Assembly: GCA_030430495.1 (NCBI GenBank)
Contig: JAUIKM010000001.1
Coordinates: 202,447 to 266,446, forward strand
Direction of reading: 5' to 3'
Source of the DNA: a bacterium
Lineage (GTDB): Bacteria; Bacteroidota; Ignavibacteria; Kapaibacteriales; UBA7675
DNA: 64,000 bases
This document shows, in pieces, positions 53,416 to 63,261 of the stretch; position 1 is the first letter of the stretch; every line of letters starts with the position of its first letter. The position numbers were made by a program, and so were the translations under genes. The notes under the pieces were generated by a model. The model had not been told where the DNA came from. It did no database searches and saw only the letters and a program-made list of their open reading frames with translations.

Positions 53416-55659
53416 TTACTTGAGGTTGTAACTGCAACGCACCGTCCACGACCTCCCCGGATACGCCAGCGCTCCCACCGACATCCGATCCGTGTAATAC
53501 ACATCAAACGCGTTCTTGATTCCCAGATTTACGCGCAGCCCATCAGTCACAAGTCGGCCGGCCGAAAGATCCACGACCGTCGCCGCGTCCGCAGGCATCG
53601 AGTCGGGCCACGAGTTCGCCGTCTCGTGGCGGGCAAACAGGTGACGCAACTCCAACCGGCCCGTCCAGACCTCGTCGCGAAAAGTCAGCGCGGTCCGCGC
53701 CTCGCTTTGCGGCAAAAATCCCAGAACTTCATCCAGGCTGGTGTTGCGGCCGTAAAAAGCCTGAAACCGCCCGCTCAACGCCAGCGTCCTGTTTAACTTA
53801 AACCTGGATTCCAGATCAAATCCGGCGCGCAGCGCGTTGCCGATATTCGCATAACGCCGCAGCTCCGGCGTCAGTTTTTCGCTGCCGACAAGATTTGATA
53901 TGACGTAGCTGAAAACATTGGCCGAAATCGAAAAACCTTCCGTTTCCAGGTCCGTCCGCACATTAAACTGCAAGGCCCGCTCCGGATCGATGGACGGATT
54001 GCCCAGATAGAAATAGCCGTCCGAGACCTCAAACAAAAGGTTGCCGTAGAGTTCCAGCTCCGTCGGCGCCCGTTCAACGTAAGCCGCGCCTGCATGCAGC
54101 GCGATGCGATCCTGCACCTCCCACGTAACGCCCGCACTTGCTCCGCCCGTAATAATGTTTCGCGCGGCGGCCGAAACGCCCGTCGAGGCCTCCAGCGAAC
54201 GCCGACCGGCGTCGTCGTTTAATCTGCTGACACTTGTCTCCAGACGCGAGGCAAGCTGCAACAGAATCCGATCTGAGATCGCCCAGGGAATTGTCATGGA
54301 AAGGCCGAAATTATCCGATTGATAATCGCCGATTGTTTTAACATATGCCTGGTCGTTGGCGTCGTCCAGGTTGATCATGCGCATGTCCGCGTCGAGAAAA
54401 TGCCGGATATAGTCCAGTTTAATCCGCGGCAGCAGCGTCGGTCCAATCTGCAGGCGGCCCAGCATGTTAAACCCCAGCGTCGTCGAAATCCCGCGCATCG
54501 GCATGTTCATATTCGGCATGGCGCCGCGCTCGCGTATCTCGGCTTCACTGCGGTCGTAGTCGTCCATACTGTGATCGATGCGATTGGCGTAAACCTGCGA
54601 CTCCACTCCGTAAAACACGTCGCCGGGCGACGTCCATTCGTGTTTAAGTGAAAAGATCCAGGCGTCGGCGCGGCGGGCGTCCATAATCAGAGCCGGATAT
54701 CCAACATCGCGCGCCATGTCCAGTACCAGAGAGGAACGCAGCACATTGCGCGTGTTTAACTTCAGTGTCGTTGCCAGGTAACTGTTGAATTTGTGGTAAG
54801 CCGATCCTTCCACCACGCTATTGTCGCCGGCGCGGAAGTCGCCGCTGCTGCGCATTGAAGCCGAGAGGTGCAGGGCGGCCGTGCTGTCGCCGCCCGCCAG
54901 ACTCAGCAGGGCATCGCCGCCGCTTCCATTGCTGTTGTAAGCGACATCCGCTTTGGCGCGCCACGGTCTGTCCAAAGCTGCTTTTAACATTTTCAGGTCG
55001 ATGCTGCCGCCGACCGTCGTGCCGTTTTCAAGCTGCGGCGCATCGCGCGAAATCTCGGCCTCGTCCAGGTTGTGCGCTTCAACGTAAGCTGCGGCGGGAT
55101 CCATGTGATCCACACAGGCGCCGTACATGCGCATGCCGTCAATCGTCAGTCCCTGCCGTCCCGTGCGCATGCCGTTTACCGTTGGTTCGGCGGCAAAATT
55201 AGAGCGGCGCAGCAGGTGCACGCCGCTGTTTTCCTCCAACACTGCTTCGATATTCTTGTTTGTCCCGCGGGCTGCGCCGCCGCTGTGGGAGTCAAACACA
55301 AGTACTTCCGCGGTGCGGAATTCCGACCGCAACTGCAGGGCGATGTTGTGGCGCTGAATGTTGCCGGTCGTTTCCGACAGCTGCCCGACATTCAGATCGA
55401 TCAGCCGTGTTTTATACGTATCGCAGGCGCATTCCAGACGAACGCGGCCGGGCGGCAGATTGAGTCGACAGAGGCCGCTCGCATCGCTCGTGTAAATGCT
55501 GTCGCTGTTAAACACGCGGATCGTCGCGCCCGGCAGTGCCAGTCCGCTTGTGCTGTCCCGCACCGCAAGGTGAACCTCAACGCCGTAGATTTGACAGGGC
55601 GCAAGCAGGCAGAGCAGCAGAAAAACTGCCGCTCTGTTTCTTGATATTTTCAGTTGCAT
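53416..55659 (-). CDS. TonB-dependent receptor, probable copper transporter (OprC/NosA-like)
   Basis: Plug motif GACVDHMDP (CxxxM), DHSMD (HxM), Met-rich MPNMNMPM, GNPSIDPE, C-terminal PGRSW...YNL. Confidence 0.85.
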   Translation of the reverse strand: MQLKISRNRAAVFLLLCLLAPCQIYGVEVHLAVRDSTSGLALPGATIRVFNSDSIYTSDASGLCRLNLPPGRVRLECACDTYKTRLIDLNVGQLSETTGNIQRHNIALQLRSEFRTAEVLVFDSHSGGAARGTNKNIEAVLEENSGVHLLRRSNFAAEPTVNGMRTGRQGLTIDGMRMYGACVDHMDPAAAYVEAHNLDEAEISRDAPQLENGTTVGGSIDLKMLKAALDRPWRAKADVAYNSNGSGGDALLSLAGGDSTAALHLSASMRSSGDFRAGDNSVVEGSAYHKFNSYLATTLKLNTRNVLRSSLVLDMARDVGYPALIMDARRADAWIFSLKHEWTSPGDVFYGVESQVYANRIDHSMDDYDRSEAEIRERGAMPNMNMPMRGISTTLGFNMLGRLQIGPTLLPRIKLDYIRHFLDADMRMINLDDANDQAYVKTIGDYQSDNFGLSMTIPWAISDRILLQLASRLETSVSRLNDDAGRRSLEASTGVSAAARNIITGGASAGVTWEVQDRIALHAGAAYVERAPTELELYGNLLFEVSDGYFYLGNPSIDPERALQFNVRTDLETEGFSISANVFSYVISNLVGSEKLTPELRRYANIGNALRAGFDLESRFKLNRTLALSGRFQAFYGRNTSLDEVLGFLPQSEARTALTFRDEVWTGRLELRHLFARHETANSWPDSMPADAATVVDLSAGRLVTDGLRVNLGIKNAFDVYYTDRMSVGALAYPGRSWTVRCSYNLK

Positions 55660-56477
55660 CAGGGCACCTGAACGAACATTTCAATGCCTTCGAGCCGGAC
55701 GGTCGATTCCTGGCCGATCGGAATCTCGACGTCGAATGTTAAACGCCAGCGGCCGCTCATGGTGAAGTTGGCCTGCCCCTTAAACAAACCCGGCGTTTCG
55801 CTCGCAACCGGGGATACATTGTTGTTGGAGCCGTGCCCCATACTCGGCATGTCCGGCTCCATTGCAACCGTGGCAACGCTGACGGGGTGGAATTGCATCA
55901 GCGACTTCTGATCGTAGAGCACAAATTCAATGTCGTTTAAACCCACTTTCCAGTCCGCTTTTTTCAACGCCACGGCGTAGTTGTCTTCCGCTCCGCCCGT
56001 ATTCGGCCCGACGATTTTACAGTAGTCGGCCGGCAGCACGTCCAGCCTGAAATCCTGCTTCAGTTCCACGCCGTTTACCTGTACGGTGAGCGCGAGATTC
56101 CATTTGCGATTGCCCATCGACGGCATAATGAACACCAGATCAAACTTGTCGCCGTCCGGCCCCGTGCGCGGCGCGGAATGCATCAGGTCGTTGTCCATCT
56201 GCATCGTCGGCAGGTATTGCCAGAAGTCGGGCGTCACAACTTTATTCGTCGACAAATCAATCACTTCCAGGCGCAATTGATTGTAGCCGACATACAGTTG
56301 CTCCAGTCCCCAGATGTTAATCAGGTAACCGTCCAGTTCAATCCAGGTAATGCGCGTCGTGTAGTTCTGGTCGTCCGTGGGTGTATTGTCGGGGCCGCTT
56401 GTACTGTCGTCATCACACCCCGTGACAAACAAAAAGCTCATGCAGAGCGCAGCGATCAGAGTAGTTCGTAACAGCAT
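55659..56477 (-). CDS. FixH/YtkA-like lipoprotein, probable metal-binding
   Basis: Lipobox VTGC-DD; PTMQMDNDLMHSAP and MEPDMPSMGHGSNNN motifs; NFTMSGRW. Confidence 0.82.
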   Translation of the reverse strand: MLLRTTLIAALCMSFLFVTGCDDDSTSGPDNTPTDDQNYTTRITWIELDGYLINIWGLEQLYVGYNQLRLEVIDLSTNKVVTPDFWQYLPTMQMDNDLMHSAPRTGPDGDKFDLVFIMPSMGNRKWNLALTVQVNGVELKQDFRLDVLPADYCKIVGPNTGGAEDNYAVALKKADWKVGLNDIEFVLYDQKSLMQFHPVSVATVAMEPDMPSMGHGSNNNVSPVASETPGLFKGQANFTMSGRWRLTFDVEIPIGQESTVRLEGIEMFVQVP

Positions 56478-56831
56478 ATATTCACCATCTGCGTTGTTTT
56501 GACAGGCTTAAAAGGTCAGAGATTATTCTGATCGGACCCCGGCCGTGACCTGCATCAATGGCTATGCGACGCAAAACGTTCCCATCCGCGTCCAATGAAC
56601 ACTCGGAATGGTACGAAGCTTCGGCACAATAGCAAAACACAGGTGCAGGCACAGCGGATCCGTTTGCACGCGGCGGAAAGTACTCCGGCGGCAAATCAGA
56701 TGTGGTTCGGACAACAAGGCGGGCGTTCGGAAGGGGGCAAGGCGCTGCGCCGACATTGCGAAGCGCACGCATTTACTCTCTTTTAAACAGCCGCTTTTGT
56801 TTGTTAACGGGTTTGAATCAGCTGTGTAAAC

Positions 56832-57191
56832 TTAAACGCGCGGAGGTTGTTCGGGCAGGCGTAAAAAACCCTTGAGTGCGGCGGCGCTTGAATCCACCCG
56901 GTAGGAATGATGTGACAGACCGGGAGTGTGTTCAATCTGGGCGATGCGCGCAGGCGGTGCGAGTTGAATCGTGTGATTTTCCTGTTGAAAGCCGCCTTTG
57001 TCCTCGCCGCGCTGCTCCTTGTCGACTTTTACGATATGACATTTACCTTTGCAGCAGTCCGATTGCGGGTTGACGCAGTAGGTCGCGGCAACCCAGTCGC
57101 TGCAACCATAGTAAACGGTCCAGAGCACGGCGGCGCCGTGGAAGTGAACTCCCAGCAGGATGAGGACAAGAATGGAAACGAGTTTTTTCAC
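56832..57191 (-). CDS. Small Cys-rich exported protein / possible regulatory leader ORF
   Basis: Signal-like N-terminus, YCVNPQSDCCKGKCH, C-terminal PEQPPRV. Confidence 0.75.
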   Translation of the reverse strand: MKKLVSILVLILLGVHFHGAAVLWTVYYGCSDWVAATYCVNPQSDCCKGKCHIVKVDKEQRGEDKGGFQQENHTIQLAPPARIAQIEHTPGLSHHSYRVDSSAAALKGFLRLPEQPPRV

Positions 57192-57256
57192 GGGCGCAAA
57201 TTACTGCCGTATTCACAACTATGCAAGAAAATGTTAAACAAATTTGGTCCGCGGAC

Positions 57257-57709
57257 TTATCCGGCGCGGCGCTTCTCCAGCCATTCTTCCACGGAGTATT
57301 TGCCGGCTTTGTGATGCAGGAAGTGGAAACAGGCGCCGAGCAGACAGAGGTTCTTAAACAAATTGCTGCGCTGGTAGACGTCCCACAGCCAGGCGCAGTC
57401 CGCATCGATCTCCGGCGACATGGCAAAAACCGCCGGCAGGTGAACAACAACATTGACGACTACGAGAAACAGTCCCAGAATCACCGCACCCCAGCGAATC
57501 CGAAAACCGACCATGATCGAGACGCCGCCCAGCAGCAGAACGATGCCCGTCAGAATCGAGATGGTGCGCTCAAAGCCGATCCAGTGCGGCATCAGGTGTT
57601 GCAGTAGTTCGTCGGCAAACAGATGCTCAAGTCCCAGGCCGACAAATATCAGGCTGAACAGAAAGCGGAAAACAAGACAGGACAAATCGTAGGAAATCCA
57701 GTTAAGCAT
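57257..57709 (-). CDS. DoxX family membrane protein
   Basis: RFLFSLIFVGLGLEH, LLGGVSIMVG, FKNLCLLGA, GKYSVE. Confidence 0.85.
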   Translation of the reverse strand: MLNWISYDLSCLVFRFLFSLIFVGLGLEHLFADELLQHLMPHWIGFERTISILTGIVLLLGGVSIMVGFRIRWGAVILGLFLVVVNVVVHLPAVFAMSPEIDADCAWLWDVYQRSNLFKNLCLLGACFHFLHHKAGKYSVEEWLEKRRAG

Positions 57710-58595
57710 CTTGGTCCACCCATGACTTGATGTTCGGCAATCCGCGGTACAGCACCGCGTGGTACAGCCGGCGCGGCAGGAATTTGCGCAGATAAAAAAA
57801 GAACCAGGCGTCCAGCGTCGCCGGAACGCGCAGCGGCGGCTTCCCGCTGTTCATCGTGCGCACGATGCGCCGCGCGATATTCTCCGGGCGGGTAGGCGAA
57901 AACTTCATCATGCGCTCGATAAAGGGCAGCATGTTGCTGTAATAGTGATAGTAGGTGCTGCAGTCGTCCGCCAGGGAGTCGCGGCAGCGCCGCGTGATGC
58001 GCGCATGCCGGAAGGAGTCCGAATGCACAAATCCCGGCTCAAACAGCGTGACGTTGACGCCCCAGGGCTTCAGTTCGTAGTACAGCGCCTCGCTGCCGCC
58101 CTCCAGCGCAAACTTGGACGCAGAATACGGACCCATCGTCGGCATCGCCATCATGCCGCCCACGGATGAAACGTTGATGATGTGGCCGCTGCGTTTGGCC
58201 CGCATCCGAGGAAGCACCAGACGCGCCAGTTCCATCGGACCAAAGTAGTTGACGTCAAACTGTTTTTGTTCCTCGTCCGGGCTGATGTCTTCCATCACGG
58301 CGCGCACCGTCAGGCCGGCGTTGTTGACGAGCACATCCACGCCGTTCCACATCATGCTGATTTCATTGATGAGACTTTTGCGCTCAACCGGGTTGGTGAC
58401 GTCCAGCGGGCGAATGAGAAGCCGTTCGTTGTCGACCAGGCCCTCGCTCCCGAAGCGCGGCAGGGAGGAGTCCCGTGCGGTTGCAACGATGCGCATGTCC
58501 GTTTTCAGGAGTTCGCGCACCAGCGCCAGGCCGATGCCCGTGCTTGCCCCAGTTACCAAGACCACCCGTCGCCGGCTTGCTACAGCTTGCTGCAT
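57702..58595 (-). CDS. Short-chain dehydrogenase/reductase
   Basis: TGASTGIG, NNAG, NVSS, YSASK, EPG; start chosen from the RBS. Confidence 0.92.
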   Translation of the reverse strand: MQQAVASRRRVVLVTGASTGIGLALVRELLKTDMRIVATARDSSLPRFGSEGLVDNERLLIRPLDVTNPVERKSLINEISMMWNGVDVLVNNAGLTVRAVMEDISPDEEQKQFDVNYFGPMELARLVLPRMRAKRSGHIINVSSVGGMMAMPTMGPYSASKFALEGGSEALYYELKPWGVNVTLFEPGFVHSDSFRHARITRRCRDSLADDCSTYYHYYSNMLPFIERMMKFSPTRPENIARRIVRTMNSGKPPLRVPATLDAWFFFYLRKFLPRRLYHAVLYRGLPNIKSWVDQDA

Positions 58596-58722
58596 TGTCC
58601 CCTTCCTCATGAACTTCGTGATGCGGCCTTGCGCCGCTCGCCAAAAATACAACCGCGGCGTTAGCATACAAGCTCCGCCGCGCGTTCAATCTTCGCGTCC
58701 GTCTTCGAGGCGCTTCACAAAC

Positions 58723-58755
58723 AAAAGGCCCTGCCTCCGCGGGGAGACAGGGCCT
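58723..58755 (-). terminator. Intrinsic terminator after the DUF4397 gene
   Basis: Minus strand aggccctgtctcc...ggaggcagggcct followed by tttg. Confidence 0.75.
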
Positions 58756-58799
58756 GTCATTATCACGAGGTCGGTCGTTGGCCGCCTTTGGCGTCGGTA

Positions 58800-61700
58800 T
58801 CAACGCACTTTGATGACCTGTACGTCGAAGGAGCCGCGCTGCGTGAATACGCGCACGGTGTACGCGCCGGAAGCGAGCGAACTCAGCTCAAGCGGCAGTT
58901 GCTGCACGCCGGCCGTCTGGAAGCCGCTGAAAACACGTGCGACCGGGCGACCGCTCTGGTCGAACAGTTCCACGCGCACGTCGCCGGATTCCATCAGCTC
59001 GTAGCGCAGTGCCGCGCTGCCGGCAGCCGGTTGCGGGTAGACAGTTACGCTCTCGGCTTTGACGTCCGTCGGCGTTTCAATCACCGAGGAGACGACGTCA
59101 AAGTCGCGCACGCTGCCGTCGTCCAACACCAGACAGAGGCGCAGGTTGTAGTCGCCGGGAACGGTGCCGGGTTCGTCGCCGGGCGTCAGGAAGCCGCAGG
59201 CCATCATGACGCCGGCCTGTCCGGTCAGTCCGGTCAGATCGACGAAGTACTGGCCGGCCACGGTTTCCGGGTCGCCGGCGGCTGTGACTTCAACGTCGTA
59301 CACTGCGGGCGCCAGCGAGGTGTAGCTGCTGAAGTCGCCGTAGGCCAGGTTGGCGATAAAGGGTGAACCTTCATCGGTCAGTTTGATGTCTACGTCGGGC
59401 GCATCCGTCGAGCCGTGGAAAGCAATGAACTCGAAGTTGTTGGGATTGTCCTCGGCTTCGGGGCGCACAGCCGTCACGTTGACGTCAAGCGTGATGTCGC
59501 GGCTGCCTTCGTTGCCGTTGTTGAAGCCTTCGCCCGCCACGCCGGAAACGATCGCAACGTAGCGCTCCTCGCTGTTGAGCGCAGGCAGCGTCGTGCTCAT
59601 GATTACTTCGGAATCGACGCCGGTGCTGGTGGCGCCGGCAATCACCACGTTAATCGCCTGACCCGCAGGCACGCTCAGGAAGGGCGTTGCACCGCGGAAA
59701 GAAATGTTGTCCAGATCGGCCGTTTTGGCGCCGTTGATGTAGACGTCCACTTCCGCTGCTGCCGGATCGGGTGAATTGTGGATCAATTGCAGCCTGCTTA
59801 CTTCGGGTTGGTCTTCCTGCAACTGCACAATCGTGCCGTCCGGCATCGCCATGTACACGCCGAAAATCGACGAAGCGGGCACGGTGCCCGGTTCGTTGTT
59901 GAGCGTGACAAAACCGGATGCGAATATCAGTCCCGCTCCGCCTGCGGGCAGCAGTCCGGCGCGGTACAACCCAATGATATTGTTGACGTTACCGGCTTCC
60001 GTTATCGTGAGAATGTACTGGCCTGCGGGCAGCGAAAGGAAACCCGGCGTTGTACCGTAGTCGATGTTTTCAAAGATGGCCGGTTCGGAGACGTCCGCAC
60101 CGAACACGTCGACCGCGGGCGCGTCCGTCGCACCGTGGAAGGTCAGGAAGTCGAAGCTGTTGGCGTCGGTTGCAACCTGACGTGCATCCAGCAGATAAAA
60201 CTGCAGGTCGATGTCGCGATTGCCCGGATCCGGGTTTTCGTAGTCGCCGTCTTCCGCACCGTTGACGATCAGATAGTAAGACGCGTCGGTCGTGAGCGGG
60301 CCGATCGTGCGGCGATTCAGAACGCGGTCGTCGCTGCGCGTGCTGGCGCCTTCCGCAATCACAATGTCCAGCATTTCGTTGGCCGGCACATTGATGAAGG
60401 ACGTGGCTTCGCGGAAGCCAAGATTATCCGTGCCGGACAGGCGTTTGCCGTTGACGTAGATGTCGATCTCGCCGGCTTCCACCAGCCCCGCATTGTTGAG
60501 GAACTGCACCTGCGCGGCGTCTTCCACCGCAATCGAGAGCGGCGTCACCGTGCCGTCCGCGGCGGCCATCGACAGGCCGAAGTTGTACACTTCGCCCAGA
60601 ACGGCGGGTTCGTTTTCAGGCGTCACAAATCCGTGCGCAAAAATCGTCACGGATTCGCCGGTCAGGCCGCTCAGGTCCGCGTCGTAGCTCTGAATGATCG
60701 CATCTTCGTTGCCGGCCGCCGTGACGCGCAGAACGTATCCGTTCGGCTCCAGCGAGACGTAGTTGCTGAACTCCGAGTAATCGAGGTTGGCAACAGGCGG
60801 TATTCCGACGCCATCCTGGCGGATGTCGATCGGACCGGCGTCCGTTACACCGTGGAAAGCCACAAACTCAGCGTTGATATCCACTTCCGCCGAGGAGCGC
60901 GCTTCGGAGATGCTGACGCCCAGGTTCAGGTCGCGGTTGGCCGCGTCCGGATTTTCGTAGTCGGTCGGATCGTTGATGCCGATTGCCACGCCGGCGTACT
61001 CTTTGTAACGCGTCAGCTGGCCGGCATTCACTTCTTTGATTACGCGATTGGTCGGTCCCGAGCTGCTCGGCTGCGCAAAGGTCACCGTCAGGTCCACTTC
61101 GGCGGGCAGGTCCATGTAGGGCGTCGCGCCCAGGAAACCGAAGTCGTCGGTGGCCTGCGGTTTGTAGCCGTTGAAGTAGATGTCCACCTCGCCGGCGGCG
61201 GGGTCGCCTGCGGCGTGAATGAGCTGCATGCGCGCCACGAAAGGCAGCGAGATAACTTCGCCGCTGCCGAGCGCCGCGTACAATTTCATTTCAAAGGACG
61301 GGGGAATGATCGTCGGTTCGTTCTGCGTCGTCATGAAGCCCGAGGCAAAGACAACCACGCTCTGGCCGCCCAGATCGCTGAAGTCGGCAAACCAGCGACC
61401 GAGCAGGTCGATTTTGGAGTTGAATTCCGTCACGGAAAGACTGTAGACGCCGGCCGACACGGAGACCGGGTCGCCGCCGACGCCGTAGTCGACATCTTCA
61501 AAGAGGGGAGTGCCTTCCAGATTTGTGTAGATGTCGACGGCGGGAATGTCGGTGACGCCGTGAAAACCGTACAGATCCACCACATCGTTGGAAGCCGACG
61601 TTTTGTTGACTTCCACGGCGACCATGCCCAGCGCCAGGTCGCGGTTGACCGGATCGCCGTTCTCAAATCCGCCCGGCGACTGAAGGCCGTTGATCACCAC

Positions 61701-62741
61701 GGCGTAGTCCTGCCCCGGAATCAGTTCGCCCAGGTTGAACGTGGCTATGACTCCGTCGTCCGAATCGGCGCTCTCCGCACCGGCCAGTTTGGCCACAAAA
61801 GGATCGCCGGAACGGATCGATACATAGGGCGATGCATTGCGGAATTCCAGGTCGTTGAGTTCGTCGGGTTTCACGTCGTTGACGTACACGTCGACGATGC
61901 GGTTGTCCGGAAAGCCGCTGTTGTGAATGATCTGAACATCGGAGCCGATTTCCGGGAAAGGTACCACGCTGCCGCTCTTGCGCACAGCGTACATGCCGAA
62001 CTCGTGGTCCGCTGCGATGTCTTCCGGTTCGTTGTCCGTCGTGTAGAATCCCGATGCAATCACTACAAAGGGATCGTTGAAGTTGTTGAGGTCGGCGTCA
62101 AAACCGCGAATGATGTCGGCGTCGTCCTGAGAGTCGGTCAGCGTCAGGATGTAGTTGCCCGGATCGACCGAGACATAAGCGGAGAACTCGTCGTATCCAA
62201 GGTCGTCCACAGCTTTGCTGCCGTCGCGGTAATTCGTGAACAGGTCGAATTCCTGCACGTCCGTACCGGTGTGGAACACCACAAATTCGGCTTTGGCATT
62301 GTTCTGGCGCGTCGGGCGCACCTGCTGTTTCAGGATCGTAAAATTGATGTCGCGACCGTCGTTGGGCTCTTCAAAATTGTGACCCGCATCGTCGTGGACG
62401 CCGCTGATCACAAAGACGTAGTATGCGTCGGCCTGCAGAAATCCCGTGTTGACGAACGCCGTACCGATTTTGCCTTCGCCGACATTTGTACTGGTCGGGT
62501 CGGCAACCGTGATTTCGTAGATGCCTGCCTCCACCTCGATAAACGGCGTGGCGCGGCGATAGCGCAAATCATTCATCGCAGCCGGTTTGCTGGCGTTCAG
62601 ATACACATCCACCACCGCGTGATCGGCAGAATGAAAATTGTGCACAAACTGCACATATGCATCCTGGGCGTGCGCGGGCATCGCACACAGCAAGGCCGCC
62701 AGAACGAGACCTGCAATAGAAAAACGTGACATCACATTCAT
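58800..62741 (-). CDS. T9SS-sorted acidic protein with five ~240-aa DUF4397-like repeats
   Basis: Repeat starts YVQFVHN, DVQIIHN, RMQLIHA, QVQFLNN, RLQLIHN; FHGxTDAPxVD motifs; CTD VYPQPA...LASGAYTVRV. Confidence 0.9.
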   Translation of the reverse strand: MNVMSRFSIAGLVLAALLCAMPAHAQDAYVQFVHNFHSADHAVVDVYLNASKPAAMNDLRYRRATPFIEVEAGIYEITVADPTSTNVGEGKIGTAFVNTGFLQADAYYVFVISGVHDDAGHNFEEPNDGRDINFTILKQQVRPTRQNNAKAEFVVFHTGTDVQEFDLFTNYRDGSKAVDDLGYDEFSAYVSVDPGNYILTLTDSQDDADIIRGFDADLNNFNDPFVVIASGFYTTDNEPEDIAADHEFGMYAVRKSGSVVPFPEIGSDVQIIHNSGFPDNRIVDVYVNDVKPDELNDLEFRNASPYVSIRSGDPFVAKLAGAESADSDDGVIATFNLGELIPGQDYAVVINGLQSPGGFENGDPVNRDLALGMVAVEVNKTSASNDVVDLYGFHGVTDIPAVDIYTNLEGTPLFEDVDYGVGGDPVSVSAGVYSLSVTEFNSKIDLLGRWFADFSDLGGQSVVVFASGFMTTQNEPTIIPPSFEMKLYAALGSGEVISLPFVARMQLIHAAGDPAAGEVDIYFNGYKPQATDDFGFLGATPYMDLPAEVDLTVTFAQPSSSGPTNRVIKEVNAGQLTRYKEYAGVAIGINDPTDYENPDAANRDLNLGVSISEARSSAEVDINAEFVAFHGVTDAGPIDIRQDGVGIPPVANLDYSEFSNYVSLEPNGYVLRVTAAGNEDAIIQSYDADLSGLTGESVTIFAHGFVTPENEPAVLGEVYNFGLSMAAADGTVTPLSIAVEDAAQVQFLNNAGLVEAGEIDIYVNGKRLSGTDNLGFREATSFINVPANEMLDIVIAEGASTRSDDRVLNRRTIGPLTTDASYYLIVNGAEDGDYENPDPGNRDIDLQFYLLDARQVATDANSFDFLTFHGATDAPAVDVFGADVSEPAIFENIDYGTTPGFLSLPAGQYILTITEAGNVNNIIGLYRAGLLPAGGAGLIFASGFVTLNNEPGTVPASSIFGVYMAMPDGTIVQLQEDQPEVSRLQLIHNSPDPAAAEVDVYINGAKTADLDNISFRGATPFLSVPAGQAINVVIAGATSTGVDSEVIMSTTLPALNSEERYVAIVSGVAGEGFNNGNEGSRDITLDVNVTAVRPEAEDNPNNFEFIAFHGSTDAPDVDIKLTDEGSPFIANLAYGDFSSYTSLAPAVYDVEVTAAGDPETVAGQYFVDLTGLTGQAGVMMACGFLTPGDEPGTVPGDYNLRLCLVLDDGSVRDFDVVSSVIETPTDVKAESVTVYPQPAAGSAALRYELMESGDVRVELFDQSGRPVARVFSGFQTAGVQQLPLELSSLASGAYTVRVFTQRGSFDVQVIKVR

Positions 62742-63261
62742 AGTTAATTCCTTCATCTGTCTATGATCAATAGCTGGAATGTCGATGGGAGTAAGCCGGA
62801 ACGCTGTGCGCCCGGCGCAGCGCGCGGGGTCGGGATTGTTTGGATTGGATGTGTTCCGGCGTTCTGCCGGAAGATTCGAACAAGTATGCATGTCTTTTGG
62901 TCTGCATGCTGAACGTTTTCAGTCGATGTGTCCGGACGGACGCGAATATGGTGCGCCGTCTCGCATGCCCTATTGTGCAATGACCCCTGACAATTCAAAA
63001 GGACACAAAGCGCGCATTCTGCCGTTCGCCTGCGGAAAAGATCGATTCGGACGCGCAGCCTGTGCCCCGCTGTCATTGCGACGTGTTGCCGTCATGTTAT
63101 TGCAATGTAACACTTTGTACGATCAGAGCTGCGCATGATTTTATTCCAAACCCGCTTTTGTTTGTTTTCGGGAGAGAAACAATGCGGCGCCCGCCGGCGC
63201 CGCGTTCAGTTAACAGATTGGCTCCGGACGTCGCGTCATGCGCCGCACCGCCGTCCGGCGC

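Noticed and set aside
59778..62729. 983-aa plus-strand ORF
   Set aside because: Antisense shadow of the DUF4397-repeat gene.
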